Assembly: GCA_963775425.1 (NCBI GenBank)
Contig: CAVZJB010000002.1
Coordinates: 64,001-128,000, forward strand
DNA length: 64,000 nt
From: an uncultured delta proteobacterium
Lineage (GTDB): Bacteria > Myxococcota > UBA727 > VGSZ01
Direction: 5' to 3'
This document shows positions 1 through 10,483 of this stretch, in pieces. How positions within the stretch are numbered: the first letter of the stretch is position 1; the number at the start of each line of letters is the position of its first letter. The position numbers were made by a program, and so were the translations under genes. The notes under the pieces are model-generated. The model ran no database searches and was not told where the DNA came from. It saw only the letters and a program-made list of their open reading frames with translations.

Positions 1-582
1 ATCGGCTTCGACGTCGTCGAGCTGCACTGCGCCCACGGCTACCTGCTGCACTCGTTCCTCTCGCCGCTGTCCAACACGCGCAACGACGGCTACGGCGGCG
101 CGCGGGAGAACCGCATGCGCTTTCCGCTGGAGGTGTTCGAGGCCGTGCGCGCCGTGTGGCCGGCGGACAAGCCCCTCGGCGTGCGGGTGTCGGCCACCGA
201 TTGGGTCGAGGGCGGCTGGGACGTCGACGACACCGTCGCGTTTTCCAAGGCGCTCGTCGAGCGCGGCTGCGACTTCGTCGATTGTTCGTCGGGCGGCGCG
301 TCCCCTCGACAGAAGATCGAGGCCAAGCCCGGCTTCCAGGTGCCGTTCGCCAGACGCGTGCGGGAGGAGGCGGGCGCCGTCACCGTCGCCGTCGGCATGA
401 TCACCGAGCCGAAGCAGGCCGACGACGTCATCGCGTCCGGCGCCGCCGACCTCGTCGCCCTCGCCCGCGGCATGCTCTGGGACCCGCGCTTCGGCTGGCA
501 CGCCGCCGAAGCGCTCGGCGTCACCGTGCGCGCGCCGCCGCAGGTGTTGCGCGCGCGCCCGTCGGTGCTGGTCGCGAAGTGA
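1..582 (+). CDS. NADH:flavin oxidoreductase, Old Yellow Enzyme family (5' truncated by window edge)
   Basis: Frame 1 from base 1 reads [52 protein letters not shown], which are classic OYE motifs. Confidence 0.92.
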   Translation: MGFDVVELHCAHGYLLHSFLSPLSNTRNDGYGGARENRMRFPLEVFEAVRAVWPADKPLGVRVSATDWVEGGWDVDDTVAFSKALVERGCDFVDCSSGGASPRQKIEAKPGFQVPFARRVREEAGAVTVAVGMITEPKQADDVIASGAADLVALARGMLWDPRFGWHAAEALGVTVRAPPQVLRARPSVLVAK

Positions 583-589
583 TCAGACG

Positions 590-1192
590 CTAGCCGCCGA
601 GCAGGCCGCGCACCGTGCGCTTGAGGTCGTCGATGACGCCGGCGCGCTTCTTCACCACGATCTCGACGCTGCCGAGCGTGGCCTTGCCCACGACGCGCAG
701 GCGCCGTGTGTCCCGGCGCGACGCCGGCTCCTGCGCCAGGTGATCGAAGCTGCCGAGGAGCGCGTCGCCCTCGGACTCCACCGAGAGGCCCTCCGGCACC
801 GTCAGCGTCACGCTGCCGAGCAGCGCGCGCACCTCGAGGACGGTCTCGCCCGCCGACAGCTCCGCGTCGCTCAGGTCGAGCTCCACGGACCCGAGCACCG
901 CGCGCACCTTCACGAGCGAAGGCACGCGCCACCGCCCGCGGCGCGTGGCCGAGCCGAGCGTGGCGCGCACCGTGGCGGTCACCCGGCCGGGCGGCGGCGC
1001 CGGCGGCTCGAGCGACGGCAGCCCGTCGAACAGCCGCACCAGCTCCTGGTCGTTGGTGGCGCGCTCGGCGCGCTCGACCAATTGCTCGAATTCCTCGACG
1101 TCGAGGTCGTTGCGCGCGTAGTGGTCCTGAAGCCGCTCGATCGCCTCGTCGCGCGCGATCAGCCGCACAGGCAGCTTCTGCTCATCCACCAT
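590..1192 (-). CDS. DUF1707 (SHOCT-like) protein with LiaF/DUF2154-like C-terminal domain
   Basis: N-terminus RDEAIERLQDHYARNDLDVEEFEQLVERA; C-terminal (A/T)LLGSV repeats and 'RRGRWRVP'. Start placed at ATG 1192. Confidence 0.75.
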   Translation of the reverse strand: MVDEQKLPVRLIARDEAIERLQDHYARNDLDVEEFEQLVERAERATNDQELVRLFDGLPSLEPPAPPPGRVTATVRATLGSATRRGRWRVPSLVKVRAVLGSVELDLSDAELSAGETVLEVRALLGSVTLTVPEGLSVESEGDALLGSFDHLAQEPASRRDTRRLRVVGKATLGSVEIVVKKRAGVIDDLKRTVRGLLGG

Positions 1193-1311
1193 GGGGGTCG
1201 TGTAGTGCCGGTCCCCGCGCGTGCGTAGGGGGGGCGCGCGCGGCGCCGCCCCGGCGCCGGCACATATCATTGCTGGCGGGCAAAAGGCGTGCATAGAATA
1301 TATACAAGAAA

Positions 1312-1923
1312 TTAGCGCGAATTGTGCTTGAGACAGTTGGTGCGCAGCTCGTGGTCCGCGAAGGCCGCATCGTACGCGCTGCAGGCGTGGGGCAGGCGGT
1401 CGTCGCCGGTGGTGTCCGGGAGGAAGTGCGTGCAGGTGAGGCAGGTGCGCGTCACGCCGAGCACGTCGTTGTCGTCGAGGGCGCGCAGCATCTCGGCGAC
1501 GCACCTCAACAGGTGCTCGTGCTTGCGCTGCTCGACCGCGGCGATGGCTTGGATGAAGACGTCGCGCCAACGCTCGGCGTAGGGCGCTTCCCTGCGGCCG
1601 TCGCCGGTGAGGTCGAGGCGCACGGCGCGCCCGTCGGTCGGGTCGCGGCCCTTCTCCACGAGGCCCTTGGTGACCAGGACGCGCACGGCGTCGCTGGTGG
1701 TGGCGGTGCTCACGCCGAGCACGGCGGCGACGTCGGACAAGCGCAGCGGACCGCGCGCGAGCTCGGCGATCACCTGCGCCTGCGTCGCGGACAGGCCGCG
1801 CGCGTTGGCCTGGTGCCACGCCGCAACCCGGCCTGCGTCGACGAGGCGCGCGAGGCCGTCAGCAATCCTCTTTTCGATCGGCTCCGAAGGGAGAACCCGA
1901 AGCTGCTTCTTCACGTGCGCCAT
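1312..1923 (-). CDS. MarR-family winged-helix regulator with Cys-rich C-terminus
   Basis: GLSATQAQVI..LSDVAAVLGVSTATTSDAVRVLVTKGLVEKGRDPTDGRAVRLDLT, then CLTCTHF..HAC..LRTNC. Confidence 0.85.
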   Translation of the reverse strand: MAHVKKQLRVLPSEPIEKRIADGLARLVDAGRVAAWHQANARGLSATQAQVIAELARGPLRLSDVAAVLGVSTATTSDAVRVLVTKGLVEKGRDPTDGRAVRLDLTGDGRREAPYAERWRDVFIQAIAAVEQRKHEHLLRCVAEMLRALDDNDVLGVTRTCLTCTHFLPDTTGDDRLPHACSAYDAAFADHELRTNCLKHNSR

Positions 1924-2236
1924 ACGAACCATCCGCTCGATAACCTGAATCTCTAAAAAAGACAAAAAGAACAGGAACCTTCGGACTCCTAGTTGCGACT
2001 TGGTCGGCCCGAGCCCCGTGAACGAAGTGAACCCGCGCCTCTCGCCTCCGCGCGAAATCACCTCGGTAGAGGAACAAGCGTCTTTGCTCGCAAGCCGATC
2101 CGGATGTCGCCGCCTCCTCCCGGCTGCTTCGCTGACGGTTCGGTCAGGACAAGCATCTCGCTCGTCGACGCCTCCCTGCCCCTACGCGTGCCGCGCCCGA
2201 GATGGATCGAGGGCCCGGATGGAGTAGCTTTGACCC

Positions 2237-5200
2237 ATGCTCGCGTTCACGCTCAACGGGACGCCGGTGCAGCTCGACGACGTCGATCCCGCCTCGACGC
2301 TGTCGCAGTGGCTGCGCAGACACGGTCGTACCGGCACCAAGGAGGGCTGCGCCGAGGGCGACTGCGGCGCCTGCACCGTGCTCGTCGGCGATGAGGACGC
2401 GAGCGGGGAGCCCGCGTGGCGCGCCGTCAACGCGTGCATCGCGCTGCTGCCGTCCTTTCACGGCCGCCACATCATCACCGTCGAGGGCGTCGCCCCCGCC
2501 GACGGCTTGCACCCGGTGCAGGCCGCGATGATCAAGCACGGCGGCGACCAGTGCGGCTACTGCACACCGGGCTTCGTGATGAGCATGGCCGAGCTCTACG
2601 AGCGCCCGGACAGCGCGGCCGCGCCCGAGACGCTGTGCGCCGCCCTCGACGGCAACCTGTGTCGCTGCACCGGCTACCGCCCCATCCGCGACGCCATGCT
2701 CGAGGCCCTGCGCTGCCGCGACGGCGGCGCCTGCGACCTCGTCGGCATCGGCGGCCGCGCCCGGCGCCCGCCGCCGGCGCCCGCCGCGGCGCCTGTCGAC
2801 GTCACCGGTCCCGCGCCCGGGGGCGACCGCCGCGGCAATCGCTTCGTGCGGCCGACGACGCTCGCGGAGCTGCTCGCGCTGCGCGCCGCGCATCCCGAGG
2901 CGCGCCTTGTCGGAGGCGCCACCGAGATCGGCGTGGAGCTCCGAAAGAAGCTCGCGCCGCTGCCGTTCCTCATCGCCACCGACGGCGTCGCGGAGCTCCG
3001 CCGCGTCGAAGACACGGCCGACGCGTGGGTGGTGGGCGGGGCGGCCACCCTCACCGCCCTCGACGAGCTCCTCGCGGCCTCCTCCGCGCCTTCGCCGGTG
3101 GCGCAGGGCGTGCGGCGCATGCTGCGCGTGTTCGCGTCGCGGCCCATCCGCAACCGCGCCACGCTCGCGGGCAACATCGTCACCGCGTCGCCCATCGGCG
3201 ACATGGCGCCGGTGCTCCTCGCGCTCGACGCCGAGGTGGTGTGCGCGTCCGCCGCCGGCGAGCGCCGCGTGCCCATCGACCGCTTCTTCACGGGCTACCG
3301 CAAGACCGCCCTCGCCGCCGACGAGATCGTGCGGGCGGTGGTGATCCCCAAGCACGCCACGCCGAGTGGAGCGGCGCTGCGCTTCGACACCATCAAGGTC
3401 AGCAAGCGCCGCGACCTCGACATCGCCATCGTCGCCGCCGCCTTCCGCGTCGAGCTCGATGAACAGGGCGCCGTCACCGCCGCCCGCCTCGCCTACGGCG
3501 GCGTCGCGCCCACCCCGGCGCGCGCGCACAAGGCCGAGGCGCTGCTCGTCGGACGAAAGCTCGAGGCGGGCGCCGTCGCCGACGTGCTCGAGGCCCTCGA
3601 CAACGAGTTCACGCCCATCGACGACGTGCGCGCGGGCAAGGCGTACCGCAAGGGCCTCGTCGCTTCGCTGTTCGCGCGCTTCGTGCGCGGACAACGAAGC
3701 GAGGCGTTCGAGGACGGCGGCTTCGTCGAGGTCGGCGTGTGGCCCGCGCCGTCGAAGTCGCGGGCGCTCAGCCACGACAGCGCCCGCGGCCACGTCACCG
3801 GCGAGGCGCTCTACGTCGACGACGCCGCCCAGCGGCGCGACATGCTCGAGGTGTGGCCCGTGACCGTGCCGCACGCGCGCGCGCGCATCACGAGGCGCGA
3901 CGCCGCCGCCGCGCGCGCCATGCCCGGCGTGCACGCGGTGCTCTTCGGCGAGGACATCCCGGGCAGAAACGACGTCGGCGCCGTCAAGCCCGACGAGATC
4001 CTGCTCGCCACCGAGGACGTCTACTTCCACGGCCACCCCGTGGCGCTGGTGGTGGCCGACACCGTCGAGCAGGCGCGGCGCGCCGCCGCCGCGGTCGTCG
4101 TCGAGGCGCAGCCGCTGCCGGCGCTCCTCGGCGTTCGCGCGGCGGTGGACGCGGACAGCTACCACAACGAGCCCCACGTCATCCGCTGCGGCGACGTCGA
4201 CAAGGCGCTCGCGGCCGCCAAGCACCGCATCGACGGCGAGCTCGACATCGGGGGCCAGGAGCACTTCTACCTGGAGACGCAGGCCGCCTTCGCGGACGTC
4301 GTCGAGGACGAGGTGCAGGTCTGGTCCTCCACGCAGCACCCGAGCGAGATCCAGGCGGTGGTGAGCCACGTGCTCGCCCTCCCGCGCCACCGCATCGTCG
4401 TCACGTCTCCGCGCATGGGCGGCGGCTTCGGCGGCAAGGAGACCCAGGGGAACACGTGGGCGGCGCTGGCGGCGCTCGCGGCGTGGCGCACCCGGCGGCC
4501 CGTGCGGGTGCAGCTCGACCGCGACGTCGACATGGAGGTCACCGGCAAGCGCCACCCGTTCCTCGGCCGCTACTCCGTCGGCTTCGACGACGACGGCAGG
4601 ATCACCGCGTTCGACGCCGTCGTGGTGTCGGACGGCGGCTGGGCGCTCGACCTGAGCGAGTCCATCCTCGACCGCGCGCTGTTCCACCTCGACAACGCCT
4701 ACTCCTTCGACAACGCGCGCTTCGAGGGCCGGGTGGCCAAGACCAACGTCGTGTCGCACACGGCGTTTCGCGGCTTCGGCGGGCCGCAGGGGATGCTCGT
4801 GGTCGAGGACGCGCTCGCGCGCGTGGCCGGTCGCCTGGGCCTGCCGGCGGAGGTGGTGCGCGCGCGCAACTTCTACGCGCCCTCCGGGCAGCACACGCCC
4901 TACGGCCAGGCCGTCGACGACAACCGCGTGCCGCGGATGTGGAGCGAGCTGCTCGAGGACGCGAGCTTCGACGAGCGCCGCCGCGCGGTGGACGCGTTCA
5001 ACGCGGGCTCGGCGCACGTGAAGCGCGGCCTCGCCGTCACGCCGGTGAAGTTCGGCATCTCCTTCACCGCCAGCTTCTTGAACCAGGCGGGCGCGCTCGT
5101 CGTCATCTACCGCGACGGCACCGTGCAGGTGAACCACGGCGGCACCGAGATGGGGCAGGGGCTGCACGCCAAGGTGCTCGGCGTCGTCATGCGCGAGCTC

Positions 5201-6079
5201 GGCGTGCCCGCCGAGGGCGTGCGCGTGATGCGGACGCAGACGGACAAGGTGCCGAACACGTCGGCGACGGCGGCGTCGTCGGGGGCGGACCTGAACGGCG
5301 CGGCGGTGAAGGCGGCGTGCGAGGAGCTGCGCGCGCGGCTGCAGCCGGTGGCGGCGGGGCTCCTCGAGAGGAAGCTCGGCGGCGCCATCGTCCCCGGGGA
5401 CGTGCTGTTCCTGAACGGCTACGCGATGACCACGACGTCGGCGGGGGTGAGCGTCCCGCTCGCCGACGTGGTGGAGGCGGCGTACCTGCGCCAGACCCCG
5501 CTGTCGGCCACGGGCTTCTACCGAACGCCGGACATCGGCTACGACCGCAAGGCAGGACGCGGCAAGCCGTTTCACTACTTCGCGTACGGCGTGGCGGTGT
5601 CGGAGGTCGAGCTCGACGGCGACACCGGCATGAAGCGCGTGCGGCGCGTGGACATCCTCCACGACGTCGGCGACTCCTTGAACCCGGCCATCGACCGGGG
5701 ACAGATCGAGGGCGGCTTCGTGCAGGGCATGGGCTGGTTGACGTCCGAGGAGCTCAAGTGGGACGACGCCGGCCGGCTCCTGTCGCACTCGGCGTCCACG
5801 TACCAGATCCCGACGATGTGGGACGCGCCGCCCGAGTTTCGCGTGCGCATCCTCCCGGACGCTCCGCAGCACAACGTCGTGCACGGCAGCAAGGCCGTCG
5901 GCGAGCCACCCTTGATGCTCGCCATCTCGGTGCGCGAAGCGCTGCGCGACGCCGTCGCCGCGTTTGGTGGTAGCGGCGAGGTGGTCGTGCCGTCGCCGTT
6001 GACGCACGAGACGCTGTGGCACGCGGTGCGGCGCCGGCGCGCCGCGGCGAAGGCAGCCAAGCGCGCCGCCGCGGAGTAA
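2237..6079 (+). CDS. xdhAB: Xanthine dehydrogenase, fused Fe-S/FAD (XdhA) and molybdopterin (XdhB) subunits
   Basis: GTKEGCAEGDCGACTV, QCGYCTPG, GNLCRCTGY, FAD region (IRNRATLAGNI), GGQEHFYLETQ, GGGFGGKETQ, TAFRGFGGPQG and SKAVGEPPLML all lie in one 1280-aa ORF. Confidence 0.93.
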   Translation: MLAFTLNGTPVQLDDVDPASTLSQWLRRHGRTGTKEGCAEGDCGACTVLVGDEDASGEPAWRAVNACIALLPSFHGRHIITVEGVAPADGLHPVQAAMIKHGGDQCGYCTPGFVMSMAELYERPDSAAAPETLCAALDGNLCRCTGYRPIRDAMLEALRCRDGGACDLVGIGGRARRPPPAPAAAPVDVTGPAPGGDRRGNRFVRPTTLAELLALRAAHPEARLVGGATEIGVELRKKLAPLPFLIATDGVAELRRVEDTADAWVVGGAATLTALDELLAASSAPSPVAQGVRRMLRVFASRPIRNRATLAGNIVTASPIGDMAPVLLALDAEVVCASAAGERRVPIDRFFTGYRKTALAADEIVRAVVIPKHATPSGAALRFDTIKVSKRRDLDIAIVAAAFRVELDEQGAVTAARLAYGGVAPTPARAHKAEALLVGRKLEAGAVADVLEALDNEFTPIDDVRAGKAYRKGLVASLFARFVRGQRSEAFEDGGFVEVGVWPAPSKSRALSHDSARGHVTGEALYVDDAAQRRDMLEVWPVTVPHARARITRRDAAAARAMPGVHAVLFGEDIPGRNDVGAVKPDEILLATEDVYFHGHPVALVVADTVEQARRAAAAVVVEAQPLPALLGVRAAVDADSYHNEPHVIRCGDVDKALAAAKHRIDGELDIGGQEHFYLETQAAFADVVEDEVQVWSSTQHPSEIQAVVSHVLALPRHRIVVTSPRMGGGFGGKETQGNTWAALAALAAWRTRRPVRVQLDRDVDMEVTGKRHPFLGRYSVGFDDDGRITAFDAVVVSDGGWALDLSESILDRALFHLDNAYSFDNARFEGRVAKTNVVSHTAFRGFGGPQGMLVVEDALARVAGRLGLPAEVVRARNFYAPSGQHTPYGQAVDDNRVPRMWSELLEDASFDERRRAVDAFNAGSAHVKRGLAVTPVKFGISFTASFLNQAGALVVIYRDGTVQVNHGGTEMGQGLHAKVLGVVMRELGVPAEGVRVMRTQTDKVPNTSATAASSGADLNGAAVKAACEELRARLQPVAAGLLERKLGGAIVPGDVLFLNGYAMTTTSAGVSVPLADVVEAAYLRQTPLSATGFYRTPDIGYDRKAGRGKPFHYFAYGVAVSEVELDGDTGMKRVRRVDILHDVGDSLNPAIDRGQIEGGFVQGMGWLTSEELKWDDAGRLLSHSASTYQIPTMWDAPPEFRVRILPDAPQHNVVHGSKAVGEPPLMLAISVREALRDAVAAFGGSGEVVVPSPLTHETLWHAVRRRRAAAKAAKRAAAE

Positions 6080-6193
6080 CGCGAAGCGCTCGCTCGCGAG
6101 GCCCTTCGACCTCGACGAGCTCTGCGGCGCGTGCGCGCGTCGCTCGACGCCCGAGGCTTCCGCGCCACGCGTTTTTGACGCACCATCGGGCCC

Positions 6194-8497
6194 ATGGCCG
6201 ACGATCCGCAGGACGCCGATCCCGAGCACGCCGCCATCCCCGCGGCCGGGATGCGCGCGATGTTGGAGCGCTGCCCGGACATGGTCACGCTCATCGATGA
6301 GCGGGGGTCGATCCGTTACGTGAACGACGCCTGCCGGCAGCTCCTCGGGTGCGCGCCGGGCGACTTGCTCGGCAACGGCATGCGGCGCTTGCTCGACCCG
6401 GCCGAGGACGAGGTGCGCGCGACGCGCCTGCGCGGTGTGACCGCGAGCCGCGGCGCCGCGTTCCAGTTCCGCTACCGATGCCGGCACGCCGACGGCACGT
6501 GGCGCACGCTCGAGGCGCGCTCCTACAACGGGCTCTCCGATCCGGATCTGCGCGGCGTCGTCTCGTTCTCCCGCGACGTCACCAACGCCGACGAGGCGGC
6601 GCAGGCCCGGGGCGAGCTGCGCTTCCGCGTCGTCGCGGAGAGCATGCGGGACGGGCTGTTGACCATCGATCCCGCCGGAAACGTCCTGTACATCAACGCC
6701 GGCGTCTCCCGCATCATGGGCTACGCGCCCGAGGAGCGGGTGGGCGGCCACATGATCGACGTCATGCACCCCGACGACCTGGACAACGCCAGGCGCCGGT
6801 TCGCCGCCGCGATGGACAACGGGTCGGCGCAGTTCGACGCGCGCATCCGCCGCAAGGACGGCGCCTGGCGCGTGGTCGAAGGGCGCGCCGATCGTCTCCC
6901 GCCCGGCAACGACGCGGCCGCGCTGCTCATCACCTACCGCGACGTCACGGAAGAGCGCGCCATGCGGGAGCGGCTCGAGAGAAACGAGCGGCGCTTCCGC
7001 GCTCTCACCGAGAGGAGCGCCTCGAGCGTGATGATCGTCGGCGAGGACAAGATCATCCGCTACGCGAGCCCCCACATGTCGCTCCTCGACTTGAGCGAGG
7101 ACGAGCGCGTGGGCCGGCCCCTCGCCGGGCGCGTCCACCCCGACGACGTCGCGCGGGCGCACGCGCTCTTCGACGCGGTGGTGAAGGAGCCTGGCGGCAC
7201 GCGCCGCGGCGACTTTCGCGTCCGCCACGCCGACGGCACCTGGCGCTGGCACGACATCACGCTCGCCAACCTCCTCGACGACGACGCCGTGGCCGGCGTC
7301 GTCGTCAACCCGCGCGACGTCACGGAGCGGATCGCGGCCGAGGAGCACATGCGCACCGCGCGCAGCCTCGAGGCCATCGGGCGCCTCGCCGCCGGCGTCG
7401 CCCACGACTTCAACAACCTCCTCACCGGCATCCTCGGCAACGCGTCGCTGCTGGCGGGCGCGGTCACCGATCCACGCCAGCGCGAGGACGTCGAGCAGAT
7501 CCGCGTGGCGGGAGAGAAGGCGGCGGAGCTCACGCGACAGATCCTCGCGTTCTCCCGGCGCCAGGTGCTCAAGCGGGAGCACGTCCCCGTCAACGATCTG
7601 CTGCGCGGCCTGGTGCGCCTGTTGCGACGGGTGACGCGCGCCAACGTCAAGATCGAGCTCGTCACAGCCGACGAGGTCGGCACCGTCTACGCCGACCGGA
7701 GCCAGCTCGAGCAGGTGGTGGTGAACCTCGCGGTCAACGCCAGCGACGCCATGCCCGCCGGTGGCACGCTCACCATCGAGACGTCCCTCGTGGACGCCGA
7801 CGACGTCGCGGCGCGCGAGGAGGGCCGGCAGCAGAGCGCCGTCGGCGACGGACGCGCGGAGAAGCTCGTGTGCATTCGCGTGAGCGACACCGGGATGGGC
7901 ATGTCCCCCGAGGTGGTCGCGCACGTGTTCGAGCCGTTCTTCACCACCAAGGAGCTCGGGCGCGGCACCGGCCTCGGCCTCGCCACCGTGCACGGCGTCG
8001 TGCACCAGCACGACGGGCGCATCCTGGTGAAGAGCGCGCCCGGCGAGGGCAGCGCCTTCGAGGTGTTGCTGCCGGCGAGCGGCGGCGTGGCCGCGCCCGT
8101 GCGTCGCGAGCGGCCGCGCGGACCGGTGGCGCGCGGCTGCGAGCTGTTGCTCGTGGCCGACGACGACGAGGTCTCGCGCCGCATCACGGTGCGCCTCCTC
8201 GAGGACGCGGGCTATCGCGTGCTGGTGGCCTCGAGCGGCGAGCAAGCCCTCGAGCTGTTCGTCGCGCACGCCGACGACATCGAGCTCGTGATCCTCGACG
8301 TCGTCATGCCGGACCTGGGCGGGCCCGCCACGCTCACGCGCATGCAGGAGCTGAAGCCCGACGTGCCCTACCTCTTTGCCAGCGGCTACGCCTTCGAGCC
8401 TAGCGAGGCCGACGCGCGCATCGCGCGGCACTCTCTGCCCAAGCCCTTCGATCTCGACGAGCTCCTGCGCCGCGTGCGCGCGGCCCTCGACGCGTGA
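6194..8497 (+). CDS. Hybrid sensor histidine kinase (3 PAS, HisKA, HATPase, receiver), CckA-like
   Basis: PAS motifs (HPDD), LAAGVAHDFNNLL H-box, NLAVNASDAM, FEPFFTTK..GTGLGL, C-terminal receiver LDVVMP..KPF. Confidence 0.93.
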   Translation: MADDPQDADPEHAAIPAAGMRAMLERCPDMVTLIDERGSIRYVNDACRQLLGCAPGDLLGNGMRRLLDPAEDEVRATRLRGVTASRGAAFQFRYRCRHADGTWRTLEARSYNGLSDPDLRGVVSFSRDVTNADEAAQARGELRFRVVAESMRDGLLTIDPAGNVLYINAGVSRIMGYAPEERVGGHMIDVMHPDDLDNARRRFAAAMDNGSAQFDARIRRKDGAWRVVEGRADRLPPGNDAAALLITYRDVTEERAMRERLERNERRFRALTERSASSVMIVGEDKIIRYASPHMSLLDLSEDERVGRPLAGRVHPDDVARAHALFDAVVKEPGGTRRGDFRVRHADGTWRWHDITLANLLDDDAVAGVVVNPRDVTERIAAEEHMRTARSLEAIGRLAAGVAHDFNNLLTGILGNASLLAGAVTDPRQREDVEQIRVAGEKAAELTRQILAFSRRQVLKREHVPVNDLLRGLVRLLRRVTRANVKIELVTADEVGTVYADRSQLEQVVVNLAVNASDAMPAGGTLTIETSLVDADDVAAREEGRQQSAVGDGRAEKLVCIRVSDTGMGMSPEVVAHVFEPFFTTKELGRGTGLGLATVHGVVHQHDGRILVKSAPGEGSAFEVLLPASGGVAAPVRRERPRGPVARGCELLLVADDDEVSRRITVRLLEDAGYRVLVASSGEQALELFVAHADDIELVILDVVMPDLGGPATLTRMQELKPDVPYLFASGYAFEPSEADARIARHSLPKPFDLDELLRRVRAALDA

Positions 8498-8579
8498 CCG
8501 GCGCCTCCGGGAGGGGCGGCCGCGCCGGGGCGTTCGCGCCGGCATTGACGGGCACGGCTCGTTCGGCGACGACGACGCC

Positions 8580-8837
8580 ATGGCCGAAAAGGGAAGCGGC
8601 GGCAAGCAAGACGGCGAAGACAGCTTCGAGAAGGTCTTGAAGAAGCTCGAAGACGTCGTGGTCCGCCTCGAGAAGGGCGACCTCCCGCTCGAAGAGAGCC
8701 TCAAGGCGTACGAAGAGGGCGTGGGCCTGGTGCGCGCGGCGCAGGGGCGCCTCGACGGCATGGACAAGCGCCTCGAGCAGCTCCTGAAAAACGGCGCCAC
8801 GGCTCCGATGGCCGCGCCCGCCGACGACGAGCGATGA
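8580..8837 (+). CDS. xseB: Exodeoxyribonuclease VII small subunit
   Basis: SFEKVLKKLEDVVVRLEKGDLPLEESLKAYEEGV; overlaps ispA as in the conserved xseB-ispA pair. Confidence 0.92.
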   Translation: MAEKGSGGKQDGEDSFEKVLKKLEDVVVRLEKGDLPLEESLKAYEEGVGLVRAAQGRLDGMDKRLEQLLKNGATAPMAAPADDER

Positions 8838-9694
8838 GCGCGCGCGTGTTCGACGACGCGCTCCTCGGGGCCCTGCGCGCGCGCGCCGAGGAGGCGCTGC
8901 GCGCGTCCCTCGACGCCCCCGCCGACGGGGTGCGCGCCGCGCCCGAGCGGCTGCGCGAGGCCATGCGCTACAGCCTCCTGGCCGGCGGCAAGCGCCTGCG
9001 TCCGGTGTTGGCGCTCGCCTGCGCCGACGCCGCCCGCGGCGCCGTCGACGACGCCGTCCCCGCGGCGGTGGCGGTGGAGTACGTCCACACCTACTCGCTC
9101 ATCCACGACGACCTGCCGGCCCTCGACGACGACGACATGCGCCGCGGCCGGCCCACGCTGCACAAGGCCTTCGACGAGGCCACCGCCATCCTCGCCGGCG
9201 ACGCGCTGCTCACCGACGCGTTCGCGGTCTTGTCGGGCGCGCCGAGGAACGCGGCGGCGCAGGTGCGCGAGCTGGCGTACGCGGCGGGCAGCGCCGGCAT
9301 GGTCGGCGGTCAGGTCGACGACGTCGCGCACACGGGCCGAGACGTGGAGACGCTCGCGGACGTCCACGCGCGAAAGACGGGCCGCCTGTTCGTGGCCGCG
9401 TGCGCGCTGGGCGGCCTGGCGGCGGGCGCGAGCGACGACGTGGTGACGTCGCTGCGGGACTTCGGGCGTCACTTCGGCCTGGCGTTTCAGATCGCCGACG
9501 ACGTCCTCGACGTCACGGGCGGGCGCGGGCGCGACGCGAAGAACGAGCGCGTGACGTTCGCGACGCTCCTGGGCGTGGACGCCGCGCGGGCGCGTGCGCG
9601 CGAGTCGGCGTCTGCGGCGGTGGCGGCGGCGGACGCGCTGGCGGCGCCGGCGCTGCGGGCGTTGGCGTCGTTCGCGGCGGCGCGGGACCACTGA
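8834..9694 (+). CDS. ispA: Polyprenyl (farnesyl/geranylgeranyl) diphosphate synthase
   Basis: GGKRLRP, FARM SLIHDDLPALDDDDMRRG, GGQVDD, SARM FQIADDVLD. Confidence 0.93.
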   Translation: MSARVFDDALLGALRARAEEALRASLDAPADGVRAAPERLREAMRYSLLAGGKRLRPVLALACADAARGAVDDAVPAAVAVEYVHTYSLIHDDLPALDDDDMRRGRPTLHKAFDEATAILAGDALLTDAFAVLSGAPRNAAAQVRELAYAAGSAGMVGGQVDDVAHTGRDVETLADVHARKTGRLFVAACALGGLAAGASDDVVTSLRDFGRHFGLAFQIADDVLDVTGGRGRDAKNERVTFATLLGVDAARARARESASAAVAAADALAAPALRALASFAAARDH

Positions 9695-10302
9695 TGGGGC
9701 CCGCGGCGCTGGCGTTGCTGGCGGCGTTGTCGTTCGGGGGGCACATGCGCTCCGAGGGGCGCTCGAGCTTCTCCATCGACGACACGGGCCTCGTGGAGAT
9801 CGAGATCGAGATCGGCTTCCTCGACGTCCCCGAGCTGTGCAACGCCGACCTGCTGGTGGAGCCGGCGCGGGCCGACGAGATGCGCCGGCGGCTGGCGGCG
9901 TGCCTGACGCGGGACATGCCGCAGGTGCTGCGGGTGCGCGGCGACGAGCGGGCGTGTCCGGTGGTGTTCCTGCGCACCGAGGACAAGCCTGCGCCCGGCG
10001 ACGCCCGCGGGGGAACGCTGCGCATCTTCGCGCGCGCCGACTGCGGGGCGTTGCCGCGCGCGCTCATCGTCGACTGGGGCCTGTTTCGCGGCAGCAGCCT
10101 CGACCATGTGAGCATCGCCAAGATCGAGCAGCCCTACGACAAGCCCAGGCTCGCGATGCTCTCCAAGCGGGCGCCTCGCTTCACCCTCGAGATCGCCCGC
10201 CCGCTGTGGCCTCGTGTGGCGGCGGGCGCCGGTGTCGCGGTCCTTTTGGGCGCGGGCGCAGGCGTCTTGTTCGGGCTGCGGCGTCGCCGAAAGCGTGCTT
10301 GA
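9694..10302 (+). CDS. Hypothetical exported protein with C-terminal membrane anchor and basic tail
   Basis: ATG overlaps the ispA stop; signal peptide MGPAALALLAALSFGGH; C-terminal TM followed by RRRRKRA. Confidence 0.7.
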   Translation: MGPAALALLAALSFGGHMRSEGRSSFSIDDTGLVEIEIEIGFLDVPELCNADLLVEPARADEMRRRLAACLTRDMPQVLRVRGDERACPVVFLRTEDKPAPGDARGGTLRIFARADCGALPRALIVDWGLFRGSSLDHVSIAKIEQPYDKPRLAMLSKRAPRFTLEIARPLWPRVAAGAGVAVLLGAGAGVLFGLRRRRKRA

Positions 10303-10307
10303 GGGAT

Positions 10308-10386
10308 GGGCCGCGCCGCCTGTCCGGCGGCGAGGCCCTTCCCCTGCGGGCGCCCAGGTTCTCTTCGCGCCGAGAGTGCGCGCAAG
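10308..10386 (+). repeat. Dispersed intergenic repeat family A, copy 1
   Basis: About 80 bp, highly similar to 43798-43881; identical 29-bp core GGGCGCCCAGGTTCTCTTCGCGCCGAGAG. Confidence 0.8.
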
Positions 10387-10483
10387 AATGCCCGAACGGT
10401 GCCGGTGGCGGGCGCCCTGCGGGGAAGACTCGGCGCTCGCGCGAACCCGGCCGGCCGCGGGGCGTACGCCTGCAAGCCGTCGG

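Noticed and set aside
1990-2236. Riboswitch (xanthine, purine or Moco) or SRP RNA upstream of xdh
   Set aside because: No recognisable consensus, and xdh appears leaderless. An Infernal scan would be needed to exclude it.
2144-9691. 2515-aa minus-strand ORF and other very long antisense or alternate-frame ORFs (e.g. 17910-22133, 37710-41990, 43747-46641)
   Set aside because: These are shadow ORFs caused by high GC3. They are Arg/Ala/Gly-rich, lack motifs and overlap well-supported genes.
9694-10302. MYXO-CTERM sorting signal
   Set aside because: A TM and Arg tail are present, but the diagnostic GC motif is missing.
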